A stretch of DNA of 64,000 nucleotides, taken from the NCBI GenBank assembly GCA_013416795.1, contig RQSC01000012.1, forward strand, positions 213,885-277,884. Direction: 5' to 3'. Origin of the DNA: Prasinococcaceae sp. CCMP 1430 (lineage: Eukaryota; Plantae; Prasinodermophyta). Shown here piece by piece: positions 11,884 to 24,042 of the stretch. Position 1 is the first letter of the stretch. Every line of letters starts with the position of its first letter. The notes below the pieces were generated by a model that searched no databases, was not told the DNA's origin, and was given only the letters and a program-made list of their open reading frames with translations. Position numbers and translations under genes: made by a program.

Positions 11884-14800
11884 ATGAGCGCGACAGCGGC
11901 GGACGCTTCGGTGTGGCGCGGCGACTCGCTCGTGGCACTCGCGAGCGGCGGGGCCTCGCAGGAGCGCCTTGCTGAGCTCTTCGCGGCCGCCGATGCCGAT
12001 CGCGACGGCGTCGTGGGCGGAGCGGACGCGATCCTCTTTTTCAAGCCGAGCGGTCTGCCCAACGCCACGCTGTCCAAGGTTTGGCTCGAGGCGAGCCACA
12101 GGAGGGGCTGCATCGAGGATGTCGAGGTGCGTAGCACGTGCGCCCAGCGCAAGCCTTACTCAGCGCGCGCCCGCGGATCTGGGGCGCGCCTCATGCTGCG
12201 CGGCAGGCCCTCGGGCTGATCGCCCAGTGCAGGTGCGCGCGCTGTGCGTGCGCTGTGTGGGAGCGGGTGGCTGACGCAATTACCGGCTCGTGCCATGCGC
12301 GCTCCATAGGACTTTGAGGTGGCCTGCAAGGGCGTCGCGGTGGCCGTGCTTGAACGCACCTCCGTCGCAGACGAAAGCCCCGGCAGTGCCGGCGGCTCCA
12401 GCCAGGCCGCAAGGCGCAGGGCTAAGCGGCAGCAGCGCGAGCTCGCAGCGGCAGTGGCGTCCGCCGCCGCGGCCGCGGAACCGCTAAGCGGATGGACGCC
12501 GCAGGCAGCCGGCACGGTCGCCGACGTGTATGCCACCATCGGTGCCAAGGATCGCGCCAAGTACGAGGCACACTTCTCGCGCGCAGATAAGACCAGCGAA
12601 GGCCTAGTCGCGCGCGAAGAGGCCGGGCTGCTCTTCAGCCGTGCGAAGGTTCCTGCAGCCGCTATCGACAGTATCTACGATCACTGCGTGCCTGAAGGGA
12701 GTGACGGGCTCGACTCGGTCGCATTCGCAGCGGCTATGCACCTCGTTTACGCCGCCCTGAGAGCGAAGCTTGCGCATCTCCTCGACTCTAAGCCGCCGAT
12801 CCGAACGGGTACCAATGACGACACGAACATCGACGAGGAGGAAGAGGATAAGGATGACGATGGGGAGGAGGTTGCGCAACAGGCGGTGTTTCCGGCCAAA
12901 AATGCCGACGCTCCCACCGCCGAACGTGATGCACCGACCAGATTCGCAGCATCCGACTCGGCCGTGTCCGAAGGGACCGAGAGTTACGCTAGCAGTGGTA
13001 GCAACGGTGAGATTGTGCCTGCTAGTGCTGTGGGAGCAGCCGGCGACGCGGCGGAGTCGGCGGGGTTTTCCACCCTCGAGTCCGCTGCATTCGAGCAAGC
13101 CCGAGTTGCGGAGGCCGAGGCCGAGGCCAGTGCCGGGCCCGAGAGCTCCTTTGCCAACGCGCCAGCCGAGGGATTCGCCGCCTTCGATTCGGCGGTCTTC
13201 GAGCCGGCTGCCGCGGGGCACTCGCCCTTATCAAAGGGCTTTGCTACGTTTGGGTCCAATGCTCTGGACCCTACACCGAGTGCATCCGACGGGGCACCTG
13301 AGGCCGCGCATGCGCAGGGTCCCGCGGAGAGTCAGCAGCAGGAGCAGGAGCCGCAGCCGCAGCAGCAAGCGCCTACTTCTGCTGCTGACATCGGTGCGCC
13401 GCCGGCCTTTGAGGCGGACTTTAGCGATTCGGCCGCTTTCAGTGCCTCTGGTGCTTCCGGGGAGCCTTCGATCGTCAGCAGCTCCTCGAGCGAGGGTTCA
13501 GCGGTAGCTGCCAAACAGCCTCCTCGGAAGCGGCAGCTTTTCTCCAATGCCGCGTTCGAGGCGGACATCTCCTCGCCCCAGGGCGATGACGAAGAGGGGG
13601 GCGGCGACCTCGACGAATCTTTTGGTGAGTCCCCGGAATTTCACACGCCTAGCACGGAAGAGCCTGCCGAGGACGCTGGCGAGTTTGGCGGCGCCCAAAG
13701 TGACAGCAGTGATGGCATGGTAGCTCACGACGCCCTTGCAGCAGATGGAATCGGCGCAGGCGCGGCATGCGCTAGCGAAGACACGGCCGATCTGCAGGAG
13801 GAGCTGGTGTTCCTGGATGCGGAGCTTGATGCAATGGAAAAACAGAAGTCGGCCATCAAGGTCGCCACGCATGCCACGAAGCGCCAGCACGAAGACCTCA
13901 AGCAGATGGTCATTTCCAAGTCGGCCGCGCTCTTCGAGTCCAAGAAGGTGCTCGGCGAGCTCGAGCAGCAGCTCGCCAAGGTGCAGGGCGACGCGCGCAA
14001 CACGCGCAGTGAGTCAGACGCCATGCAGGCCGAGCTCAACGAGCTCAAGCAGAGGAAGCTGGAGCTTGTGCGCGCGCGCGATACCGGGGCGCGCGCCACA
14101 ACCTTTCCGCCGTCGAAGCGAGGGACCAACAGTGCACTTACCGCAGAAATTGCCGCAGAAAGGGCCGAGATTGCACTTTTGGAGTCGCAGCTGGCTGATG
14201 CGAACGGCGCCTCATTGGGCGATGAAGCGATGGCCGTCGAGGAGCTCACTGCCGAGCTGGCGAGCCTGCGCGTTAGCAAAAGCCGCATTACGCAGGAGCT
14301 GGAGGCGGCGATCGACGCACAGGAGTCGCGGCGGCAGGCGCTGGAAGAGAGGGGGGCGCTCAAACGCGAAGCACTGGCGGCAGCTCAGGGGCTGCTTGAT
14401 TCGAAGCGCGCAGAGCTCGCGCGGGCACGTGCGGAAAATGACGCGCTCGAACAGGAGCTCAATGCGAGTGGCATGTCTGCAGCCGAGGTGCAGGACCTTG
14501 CTAGGACAGAAGCGGCAGCGATCGACTCAGAAATCGCGGCCGAGCGCGATCGCTCAGTCGATCTGGTGGCAGTCTTGGGTGAGTCGGCGTCGCTCGGCTA
14601 CGAGTCGGCCGATGTGTCGTCGAGCCAAGCACGCCCTCACAACCGCAAGCCCTCGGAAGACTTCATCGAGTTTGGCAGGCACAATCGATCGGGCAGCACA
14701 ACGCGATGGGCGTTTGATCCTAATCGGTCCGACGACGGTGGTGACATGGTGTTCACCGCACCCGCCTCGACCGCAGTGGCATCGGCCAACGAGGGGGACG

Positions 14801-17406
14801 AACACTCGGACGCGTCGATGGCCAGACTGGCGTCGCCAGGCACCGTCATCAAGACTGGCGCGCATGACGGCGGCTCGGGCTTTTCGTCGTTCCTGTATGG
14901 CGGCGATGCCCCTGCTGCGCGGCGCGGCATTGGGGCGAACGGTGGCGTCGATGCAGACACTGACTGCGCTGACACTGTCGTGGTGAGCCGTGGGCCCAGC
15001 TTTGGCGAGGCGGACTTCGGCGACGCTGCCTTCAGCAGCCTCGCCAAGCCGAAGGCTGCGAGCGCAGACGCACGCGCGCCGGAAAGCAGTGCAGATGTGG
15101 GGGACACCTTCGAGACTGCATTTGATGACGCGTTTGGTCCACCCACAGCGAAGGCAACGTCCTCGATGGCTGAGCCGGCGCCCGATGCGGCAGGCGGCAT
15201 GAAGCTGTTCAACAACGACGCGTTCGACGGCGTCTTAGGGGATGCTGAGCCAAAGCCCGATAACACCGCACCGGCAGCCGTGACGACGGCTGCAGTGGGG
15301 GTCTTCGACAATGCCGCCTTTGATGACGACGCCTTCGGTCCCGCGTCGGCTGGCGGCGACGACAGCAGTGCCGCTGCGGGTGCTCCATTGGATTCTGCGA
15401 GCGTGCAGAAGACAGCCAACGCACCCGCTGATGGAATCGATGATGTCTATCAACTGGGATCTGGAGCTGGCGAGACGGGCGTCAGCGCCGCCCCCGCCGC
15501 CCCCGCCACCTTTGACCCCAAGGCACCGACGATCAACCTGGCTGAGCTCATGCCAAAGCCCGCGGTAGAGGACAAAGCCGCTGCGGATGATTTGGGCGCG
15601 GGCGCTGGTCCTTCGTCAGACATGGATGACCTCTTCGGATCGGCGCCTGCGGACGGCAGTGCGCCACCGTCTGGAATGGAATTTTTCGGCCTCAGCCCGC
15701 CGAAAAAGCAGCGTGGCAGCAGCGGTGGGGGGGAGGGCGTGGATGACATTTTCGCGTCGCTCGGCGGGACATCAGTGGCTGCACCCCCGTCGCCGGTTGC
15801 CGCAGCGCCGGGGCCTGCGCTTTCGTCCGACACGGCCAACACACCTGCGAGTTCCATGGGGAGCGTCGCGCCACTGTCCGCAGCGACGGGCATGGCGGTG
15901 GCGCGAGTGGGCAAGTGGCGCACGCTCTCGAACACGGAACGCACCAAGTGCGAGAAGGCCTTCACTGCGCTCGCGGGCACGAAAACGGGCGCCACAGTCT
16001 CAGCAGCCGGCGCGAAGTCCATCTTTGCGCGCATCTGCAAGCACGTGAGCATGTTTGGCGCCGTATGGGAGCTCGCTGCCAAGGACGGCGCGAACCAGGC
16101 TGCGCTCTCGCTCTCGGAGTTCTGCCTGTTCATGCATATGGCCAAACAGTTGGCTCGGCGTGGCGCCACGCTGCCTGCGCCGCCGCTGAGTGCCGCTGAA
16201 CGCGCGCACTTGCTGGGCTCAAACAGGCGGCGTTCTGCGGCAACCACACCAAGTACCTCGAACGCCTCGACGCCTCAGCTGTCTCCCAGGAATTCACCCC
16301 AGAAGCACGGCAGCGCTACGGCAACTGCCTCTGCTGCAGACCGGGGCAAGGAGGTGGACGCAGCTGTCAGCGCGGGCGCCAGCACCAGCGTCGGTGCAGG
16401 CGACGTGGCTGCCGGGGCAGCCACAGCGTCAGTGACGGCGCGCAGCGGGCGGCAGAAGAAACGAGTGCCGCGGCTCAAGCCCGTGGCTGCGCTCCCGCCT
16501 GCGACGGCTTCCGTCGAGCCTGATAGCGAGCCTGAGCAGGACGCTGCCCCGGAGCCTGCCCCAGCGCCGGCTCCGCAGAGTGCCGCTGCAGCTGGCGGCG
16601 GCTCATCGGGTAGTGAGAAGGCGTCAGACCCTCGCGCGGCGATGTTGGCGTCCATGGGCTTCTCAACCGCTGCGGCGATGATTGCTCTGGAAATGTTCGG
16701 CGACGACACTGACGCTGCCGTGGAGTTCCTGATCGAGCACCCGGAGGCTGGGCAACGAGACACGCCGAAGCAGGGTAAACGCGACGTGAACGACGCGAGC
16801 CGCATGCGACCCCCCAATGCGGCTGTCACTCCATCGCCCGCAACTCCCACCAGGCCGTCGGCGGGTGGCTCTCAAGCTGCAGATTTCAAGCGCACGAACA
16901 GCCAGGCGCCGCTGTCGCCCTCGCCGGCGTCGCCTGCCACCGCGAGCAGTGCGGCTGCTGCCGCGCCTACACTCGCGTTCCGCTTCTGCGTCGACGAGGT
17001 CACGCTCAAGAAGAAGGACGTCCAGCGCATGAATCTTCCCTTCTTTCAGATGTCCCTCGCCACCGCTGAGGGCAGGTTGCTCGAGCGCCAATCCAAGACG
17101 GCACCCAACACGGGGAGGCGCGGGGAGGGCACGTTGCTCTATGGCCCGTCGACTGTGCTGGGCTTCAAGACCCCTCTCTCGCGCCTGCCAAGCGACGCGG
17201 CAGTGTACTTTGAGCTCATGCACTACAAGCCCGACAAGAAGAAGAACAGCTGCATGGCCTGGAGCTATGCCCCCTTGGAGATGATCAAGACGGGCAAGTT
17301 CTCGCTGCCGCTTTTCGAGAAGCCCATCGATGTGTCTCGCAGGCGGTGCAAACGGCTCAACAAGAAGGGCCTCGATCTGACGGTTAGCTTCTCCGTGCCG
17401 CGCTGA
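11884..17406 (+). CDS. Eps15-like EH-domain protein with coiled coil, UBA and C-terminal AIDA-type C2 domain; intron 12127-12309
   Basis: EH1 FAAADADRDGVVGGADAILFFKPSGLPNATLSKVW; EH2 DRAKYEAHFSRAD; a third EH-like LSLSEFCLFMH; UBA LASMGFS..ALEMFGDDTDAAVEFL; AIDA-like FELMHYKPDKK..LPLFEKPID. Confidence 0.82.
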
Positions 17407-17535
17407 TTTGATCAAGGCCTACCGTGGACGGGACGGCCGCAGTATGCGCGGACGAACGCGTCGGGCAGCAGCGGCGCAGCCATCGCCACGCGCGTTCAAT
17501 CGCACGTCGTACGTATCGTAAATTCATATACAATC

Positions 17536-19392
17536 TCACGAGCCGACGCTCGCCTCGCGCGCGACGGGGTCGCAAAGGCCCGTTTCCACGCGCGCCACAA
17601 GCGCCCGAAGGCCTTGCGCTTTCTGGAGCGCGCCGAAGAGGCGCGAGCGAAACTCGAGGTGCAAGTCGAGCTCAGCGGACGCCGCTGCGCGCACGTGCGG
17701 CTCGGCGCCACTAGGGCGTGCCGCAGTGGCCAGCGCCTGGACAGCCACCTCCGCATCACCGATCTTGTCGATCACAAGTGCTACCGCTCGCTGCACTCCC
17801 TCCACGGCGATGCCCTCCGCGCGACCGCCGCGCTTCCCGTTCGCCGCTCCTTGCGCAGTTGCGTTGAGGAAGGCGGCTTCGAGAGGCAGCATTCGTAGAG
17901 CGGCCGAGGTGCGCCCGTTGTAGCCTCCCAAGGCCAGAAGCGCCTGCACGCGCCCGTTGCCCGAGGGGAGCGCGACCAAACTCATGCCCTCGTACGCCAC
18001 TGCTGCGTCCTGTGACGCGGCCGCGGGCCTCCTTTGCCAGCCCCGAGCGGCTGCCTTGACTTTGGGGGCCGCGCAGAGCACCGACCACTCCATTCTGTTG
18101 GTGCGCATGTCCAGAACCACCGTATCCCCCAATCCGCTTTCATTGTTTCCGCCGCCCGCGACGAAGAAGAAGGGGCCGTGCACGCAACTTGCGTGACCCG
18201 CTCGTGGAGCAGGCGCCTGGCCCGAGGTGGTCGAGACACTCCACTCAAGAGTCCGGAGATCCAGAGTATGCACATCGTTGAAAAACGCTGTCGAGCGGAA
18301 CGAGCACCCACCGAAAACATGCATCCTCCCGGCGTAGACGGCCGCCGCGTGAGCCGAGCGCGCGCTCGGCGCGGCCCCAGTCGACACGGGCGAGTGCCAC
18401 GTCCATGACTTCAGATCGAGGCGCCACAGGTCACCCAGGGCGCGACTCTGTGCGGCTTCGCCCCCAAACACGAAGAGACTGTCGCCATGGACGACGGCCG
18501 AGTGGAGGCGTCGCGCACAGGGCGCGCCGAAGTGCGCGTCGGGAGCGCACTCGAGCCGACGCCACTCGGCGGGGGCGCCGCCGCGCGCAGCAGTGGCGTC
18601 CAGCGCGTGCACCGTCATTGACTCCTCGGCATCGGCACTGCGCTGCCGGCCTCCAACGGCGAGCAGAGTGTCGGCCCAGCGCACCAGGGCGAGGCCTGCG
18701 ACCGGCGGCAGCGAGCCCGCGCGCGATGAGCTCGCTTGCGCCTCGGGCGCCTCGGCCACTCGCCACAGCGGCTCCCCACCACTCGCCAGCGGCGCGACGT
18801 CGAGAACGTGCACATCGTTTAGCAGCCTCCGCCCGCTGTTGCCGCCGCACACGAAGAGCGCTCCGCCCAGCACGCACGCCGCGTGCTCGTAGCGGGCTGT
18901 TGGGGCGGCGCCCGGCGAGCCCTCGCCGAGTGCCATCCAGCTCACTCCGTCCGGCACTGCCGGCACCGGCACGTCCCATTCGGTACCCCTATCCGCGGAT
19001 GCTGCGGCCTCCGCCTCGCCGCGCGCGTGAAAGCCCTTGAGCTCTGCCCACCAGGACGGGCAGTCCAGCTCCACCGTGCTCACGTAGCGGAACATGGCCT
19101 CGTATTTGGACATGCTGCCCAGCTGTGAATACACCGTCCACCGCGCGCGCTCCTGCGCGTTCCACGCCCACGGCGCTGCGTCTGTGCACGGCCCGTGCTC
19201 CGCCTGCTTCTCGAACGCATCGAGCGCGAGCAGATGGTCCTCCGTCAGGTTCTGCGGCGCGCCCGCGTCCGCCGCGCGCGTCGCGTGCCTGACGTAGCGC
19301 CGCGCCGCCTCGTACTTGTCGGGATACTCGAGCTGGCACTGCTCGGGCCAGCCCGGGCCCCGCGCCGCTCGCCCGCCGCCCGCCGCGTCCAT
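17536..19392 (-). CDS. ACBP4: Acyl-CoA-binding protein with kelch repeats (plant class IV, ACBP4/5-like)
   Basis: LEYPDKYEAA, QAEHGPC..PWAWN..LGSMSKYEAMFRYV; kelch repeats ARYEHAA..GGN, HSAVV..LFVFGG, PAPRAGHAS, AGGGNN, LGGYNG. Confidence 0.88.
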   Translation of the reverse strand: MDAAGGGRAARGPGWPEQCQLEYPDKYEAARRYVRHATRAADAGAPQNLTEDHLLALDAFEKQAEHGPCTDAAPWAWNAQERARWTVYSQLGSMSKYEAMFRYVSTVELDCPSWWAELKGFHARGEAEAAASADRGTEWDVPVPAVPDGVSWMALGEGSPGAAPTARYEHAACVLGGALFVCGGNSGRRLLNDVHVLDVAPLASGGEPLWRVAEAPEAQASSSRAGSLPPVAGLALVRWADTLLAVGGRQRSADAEESMTVHALDATAARGGAPAEWRRLECAPDAHFGAPCARRLHSAVVHGDSLFVFGGEAAQSRALGDLWRLDLKSWTWHSPVSTGAAPSARSAHAAAVYAGRMHVFGGCSFRSTAFFNDVHTLDLRTLEWSVSTTSGQAPAPRAGHASCVHGPFFFVAGGGNNESGLGDTVVLDMRTNRMEWSVLCAAPKVKAAARGWQRRPAAASQDAAVAYEGMSLVALPSGNGRVQALLALGGYNGRTSAALRMLPLEAAFLNATAQGAANGKRGGRAEGIAVEGVQRAVALVIDKIGDAEVAVQALATAARPSGAEPHVRAAASAELDLHLEFRSRLFGALQKAQGLRALVARVETGLCDPVAREASVGS

Positions 19393-19496
19393 TCCAGTAC
19401 ATGACGCCCAGCGCATTGACGCGCGCCCCGCTGTGGCGCACGCGCCAACACCCCCGCCCCGCCGAGCGGCGCGCCCGCCTGTCGACAGCGCCCGCG

Positions 19497-19532
19497 CCAA
19501 CACCAACACCAACACCAACACCAACACCAACA
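19497..19532. repeat. (CCAACA)6 microsatellite
   Basis: Direct reading of the sequence. Confidence 0.9.
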
Positions 19533-20621
19533 CCCGCCGCCACGCGGGCAAACACACACGCAAACGCGACCCCGCACCGAACGCAACGGGGAAAAAACCA
19601 AACAAGAAAAAACACACGAAAACCCAGGAAAAGACAGCCCCGCACGCACGCCGCGCGGAACGGTTTGGTTTGGTTTTGGTCCGTCTGTCCGCTCCCCGGT
19701 CTCGGGTTTCGGCGGGGGGGGGGGGGAGCGCCGCGCTCGATCCGATTCCGACTCGATGGGCGCCGGGGACGTGCTCGGTTGGTTGGATTTGATCCATTGA
19801 TTGATTGGTTGGTTGATCGATGACGGGCGCCGCCCCGCCGCGCGCGCGCCGAGCTGGCTGCTGGTCTGGGCCCCGGCCGGCCGGCGGCCCCTCCCTCCCT
19901 CAGTCAGTCAGCCAGACGCAGAAACTCCGAATGGAATGCGGTGCTTATGCTGTGTCGTCCTCCAGCCAGCAGCCAAGCAGCCAGCTTCCCGCCAAAGATT
20001 TTTCCTGGTCCCTGTCGTTTCTTTGTCTCCTTAATTTTCTTTCTTGTTTCCTCTGTCTCGTTCGTTCGCGCGCGCGCGCCGCGCGGCGCCGGGTGCGAAA
20101 TGATGGCGCTTTTTTTTTCGCGTTTGGCGCGGTGAGAGGCGCGCGCGCGTATGAAGCGCGCGCGGGAGTGGCGGTGCCAGAGCGCAGGCGCCGGCGCCGC
20201 GCGCCTGGGCGCTGTGCCCCCCCTCTTCTCTCTCCATCTCCCCCCCCGCGCGTGGCAGCCCCTCTCGCCTCGACAGGGGTCGTGCGCGCATCAGCCACGG
20301 CGGCGGCGCCGCTGCCGCTGCCGCTGCCGCCGCGGCCAGCGCGCCTGCGCCGGTGCCCTGCCGCGCCATGAAAGGGCCAACCCTAAGGTCCCCTCGGGCC
20401 GGCGGGGGGGCGCGGCGCCGCGTGGCGCGCGTGCTCGCCTGCCATGGCGCCCGACGCGCCGCTATGCGCGCCGGGTTGCGCGCCTGCACCGGACCCGCAC
20501 TCCCATCGGGGCGCTGCCCTCTGCCACACCACAAGCTGACGTGAGCTGCTGTGCGCTGCTCCGTGCTGGATCCCGCCACCCCCAAACCAAATAAACGCTC
20601 GCCTGTGCGGCGCGCCCGCAG

Positions 20622-21812
20622 TGAGCAGGATGACTACGAGGTCGTGCGCAAGGTGGGGCGCGGCAAGTACAGCGAGGTGTTTGAGGTACGCTCCGCGCTC
20701 CGCGCATGCTGCTGCTGGGGGTCGGCGCTGGTCGTGCCGTGTGAGGACGAGGGACGACACAGGCGTCCCCCGCAGCGGCAGCGCCACAGGCGCTGGTTGT
20801 GCGCATGCGTATTGCGCGTGCAGAGTGCGTGCCTGCGCCTGCGATGCGACGCCCGATCTCGTGCAGGCGGGCGCTGACTTGCGTGCGCGCTCGCGCGTTC
20901 GGTGCGGCGATGCCGTTCGCTCCTCCCCCCTTTCTCCCTCCCTCCACACTGCAGGGGGTCAACACGATCAACAACGAGCGCTGCATCATCAAGATTCTCA
21001 AGCCGGTGAAGAAGAAGAAGATCAAGCGCGAGGTCAAGATCCTGCAGAACCTGTGCGGCGGGCCAAACACCATCAAGCTGATGGATATCGTGCGCGACCC
21101 GCAGTCGAAGACCCCCTCGCTCATCTTCGAATACGTCAACAATCAGGACTTCAAGGTTCTGTACCCCCGCCTCACCGACTACGACATCCGCTACTACATC
21201 TTCGAGCTGCTGCGTGCGCTGGAGTACTGCCACTCCCAGGGGATCATGCACAGGGACGTGAAACCCCACAACGTGATGATCGACCACGAGCAGCGCAAGC
21301 TGCGCCTGATCGACTGGGGCTTGGCCGAGTTTTACCACCCGGGCAAGGAGTACAACGTGCGCGTCGCCAGCCGCTACTTCAAGGGCCCGGAGCTGCTCGT
21401 GGACCTGCAGGACTACGACTACAGCCTGGACATGTGGTCGCTCGGCGCAATGTTCGCGGGCATGATTTTCCGCAAGGAACCGTTCTTTTACGGACACGAC
21501 AACTACGACCAGCTGGTCAAGATCGCGAAGGTGCTGGGCACGGAGGAGCTCTACGCGTATCTGGCCAAGTATCGCATCGAGCTGGACCCCCACCTTGAGG
21601 CTCTTGTGGGCCGCCACGCGCGCAAACCTTGGGAGAAGTTCAAGACCGCCGAGAACCAGCACCTGGTGACGCCCGAGGCGCTGGACTTCCTCGACAAGCT
21701 GCTGCGCTACGATCACCAGGAGCGACTCACCGCGAAGGAGGCCATGGCCCACCCGTACTTCGACGCCGTGCGGCCGGAAATCCAGGCGATGATGCAGGCG
21801 GATAGCAAGTAG
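20622..21812 (+). CDS. CKA1: Casein kinase II alpha subunit; exons 20622-20685 and 20955-21812; first exon unresolved
   Basis: [21 protein letters not shown]|[55 protein letters not shown]. Confidence 0.96.
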
Positions 21813-21996
21813 GCCCAGCGTATCGACAGGGCGCGCCGCCTGCGTCTATGCACTAGCAGCGCCGCATACCCGGCGCGTTCCCTAGCATGTGTATCTGTAC
21901 CACACCCTGCACCCGCCCCTCCCGACCCCCCTTCCCACCCCACCCCTGGTAACAAACAACGACAGACGTGAATAACAGAAGATCTGCAGCAATTGC

Positions 21997-23555
21997 CTAC
22001 AGCGCAGCCATCTCCATGTCAAGGTCGTCGAGCTCGTCGAATGGGTCCGCCGCATCGAATTTTCGAGGCGCCCCCTCGAACATGCCCTCCGCTGAGCCCG
22101 TCTGCTCGAGCACAGAGCACACCTTCTCCGGCCCTTCCGCGAGCACGTCCTTGAGGGCCGTCGGCAGCCACTTGTCGGGCTTGATCCCTACCTTGTTGAT
22201 ATCCTTCAGCGCCGGCGTCTGGTAGCGAGCGACGGTCACCGCCACGGCGGAGCCGTCCGACAGCGGCACGAGGCTCTGGATGAGGCCCTTGCCGAAGGTA
22301 CCCTCGCCCAGCACCAGGGCGCGCTTGTTGTCCTTGAGCGCGCCCGCGAGCACCTCCGAGGCGCTCGCCGTGCCTCGATTCACCAGCAGCACTATGGGCT
22401 CCTGCATCTTCTCGCCCCCCTTGTCCGGCATGTCCCCGGCGTCCTCCGCCTCGTAGATGTCCTTCACGCCCGCGCTGTCGGAGATGTACACGACCACGCC
22501 GCGCGGCATGAGCGAGTCGGCGATCTGCACCGCGGCGGGGAACAGCCCGCCCGAGTTGTTCCGCAGGTCGATCACGAAAGCGCGCGCACCCTGCTCGCGC
22601 AGCTCGGCGAGCGCCGCGTCAAAGTTAGGCGCGCTCTTCGAGTTGAAGGTCGACAGGCTGATGTACCCGACGCGCTCGCCCCTCTTGGTTGTCACCTCGG
22701 GGCCGCACAGCGCCGAGCGCACGGGCTCAAGCGTGATGACCTGTCGCTCCACAGACACGTCCATCTCCTTCCCACCGGCCGGCTTCAGGACGCGCACGCT
22801 GACGGTCGAGCCTGGCGCGCCTTGCAGGGCCTGCGCGATTTCGTACAGGCTAAGCCCTGCCGTCGGCTGTCCGCCGATGGCAGTGATTCGATCGCCCGAC
22901 TCGATGCCCGCGCGCGCCGCCGGCCCGCCGGCGACGGGCGCGACCACAGTGAGCACCCCCTCGCCCGCAGTGTTTCCGCCCACTATTTTCGCCTGCGTCT
23001 TCGCGACGTCCCCCGATCCCGCCTCGTCCCCCGCGTCGCCCTGCTGCACCTCATCGTCCTTGAACGTCACCTCCAGCCCGACGCCGCTCACCGACCCCGT
23101 GTTGCCGCTCATGATGGTCGCGTACGCCTCGGGCGTGAGGAAGCGCGTGAAGGGGTCTCCGAGCTGCGCGAGCATCTTGCGGATGGCATCGTACGTCTGT
23201 TCGCGCGTGGCGGGCGGCGACTTGAGCGCATCCTGCCTGTACTGGAACCAGCTCACGCCGTTGAAGGTCTTGTCCACGTAGCCGCGGTCGATGGCCCTCC
23301 ACGCCTCGAGGAAGAGCAGGTCCTCGTCGGTGACGGCGTGCGCCCCTCCGGCCGTCGCGAGCACGACCGCCGCCGCCGCCGACGCGCCGAGCGCGATCGA
23401 TCCCAGAGCGCGACGCGACGCGCGCGAGAGGCGATCGAGGAGGGCCGCGCTCGCCTCCCCCTGGGCTTCCGCGCGCATCTCGTCGCCGACGCCGTCGTTG
23501 CTGTCCTCGCCCGTCGCCGCGCAGGGAGCGCCAGCGGCCGTGCGGCCCGCGAGCC
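21997..23555 (-). CDS. ctpA: C-terminal processing peptidase S41A (D1-processing CtpA), plastid/thylakoid-lumen; 5' end interrupted by N at 23556
   Basis: EAWRAIDRGYVDKTFNG, MLAQLGDPFTRFL, PDZ domain, IDLRNNSGGL, GTASASEVLAGALKDN, TFGKGLIQ; lumenal-type signal ending AHA. Confidence 0.92.
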
Positions 23556-23556
23556 N

Positions 23557-23960
23557 GTGCGTGTGGCACGACGCACCACTCACCGTCCTCCATCCCCGGC
23601 CGCCAACCAACGTAGTGTGTGCCGTCGAATGGTGGGATTCCAAGCGAAGTGGGACGGCGCCCCTGCCTCGGATCGCGCCGCGCGGCCGCCGCGGGGCAAA
23701 AGCCCCACGGCGCGCGCGCGCCGCGCGCGCGCCCGCGACCCGCCATCAAAACGCACGCGCGCCGCGTGCGCGCACCCAGCCAGGAACGCGCACATTGAGG
23801 AAAAAGGCGATCGGAAAAGGAAATAGGTTCCACGCTCCGCTGTACGTGCGTGTGGCACGACGCACCACTCACCGTCCTCCATCCCCGGCCGCCAACCAAC
23901 GTAGTGTGTGCCGTCGAATGGTGGGATTCCAAGCGAAGTGGGACGGCGCCCCTGCCTCGG
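23557..23960. repeat. 115-bp direct repeat (23557-23671 and 23846-23960)
   Basis: Two copies of gtgcgtgtggcacgacgcacc...gcccctgcctcgg, identical by eye, 289 bp apart. Confidence 0.9.
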
Positions 23961-24016
23961 CCGATGGGACGGCGTTACGTCGCGTCTTTGCGCCGGCACA
24001 GGTGGCGACGTGGATT

Positions 24017-24042
24017 GATCGATCGATCGATCGATCGATCGA
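24017..24042. repeat. (GATC)6 microsatellite
   Basis: Direct reading of the sequence. Confidence 0.9.

Noticed and set aside
23557-23960. The direct repeat as a CRISPR array, LTR pair or tRNA
   Set aside because: Only two 115-bp copies, no spacer series, no cas or RT gene, no TG..CA ends or cloverleaf, and it sits next to an N gap.
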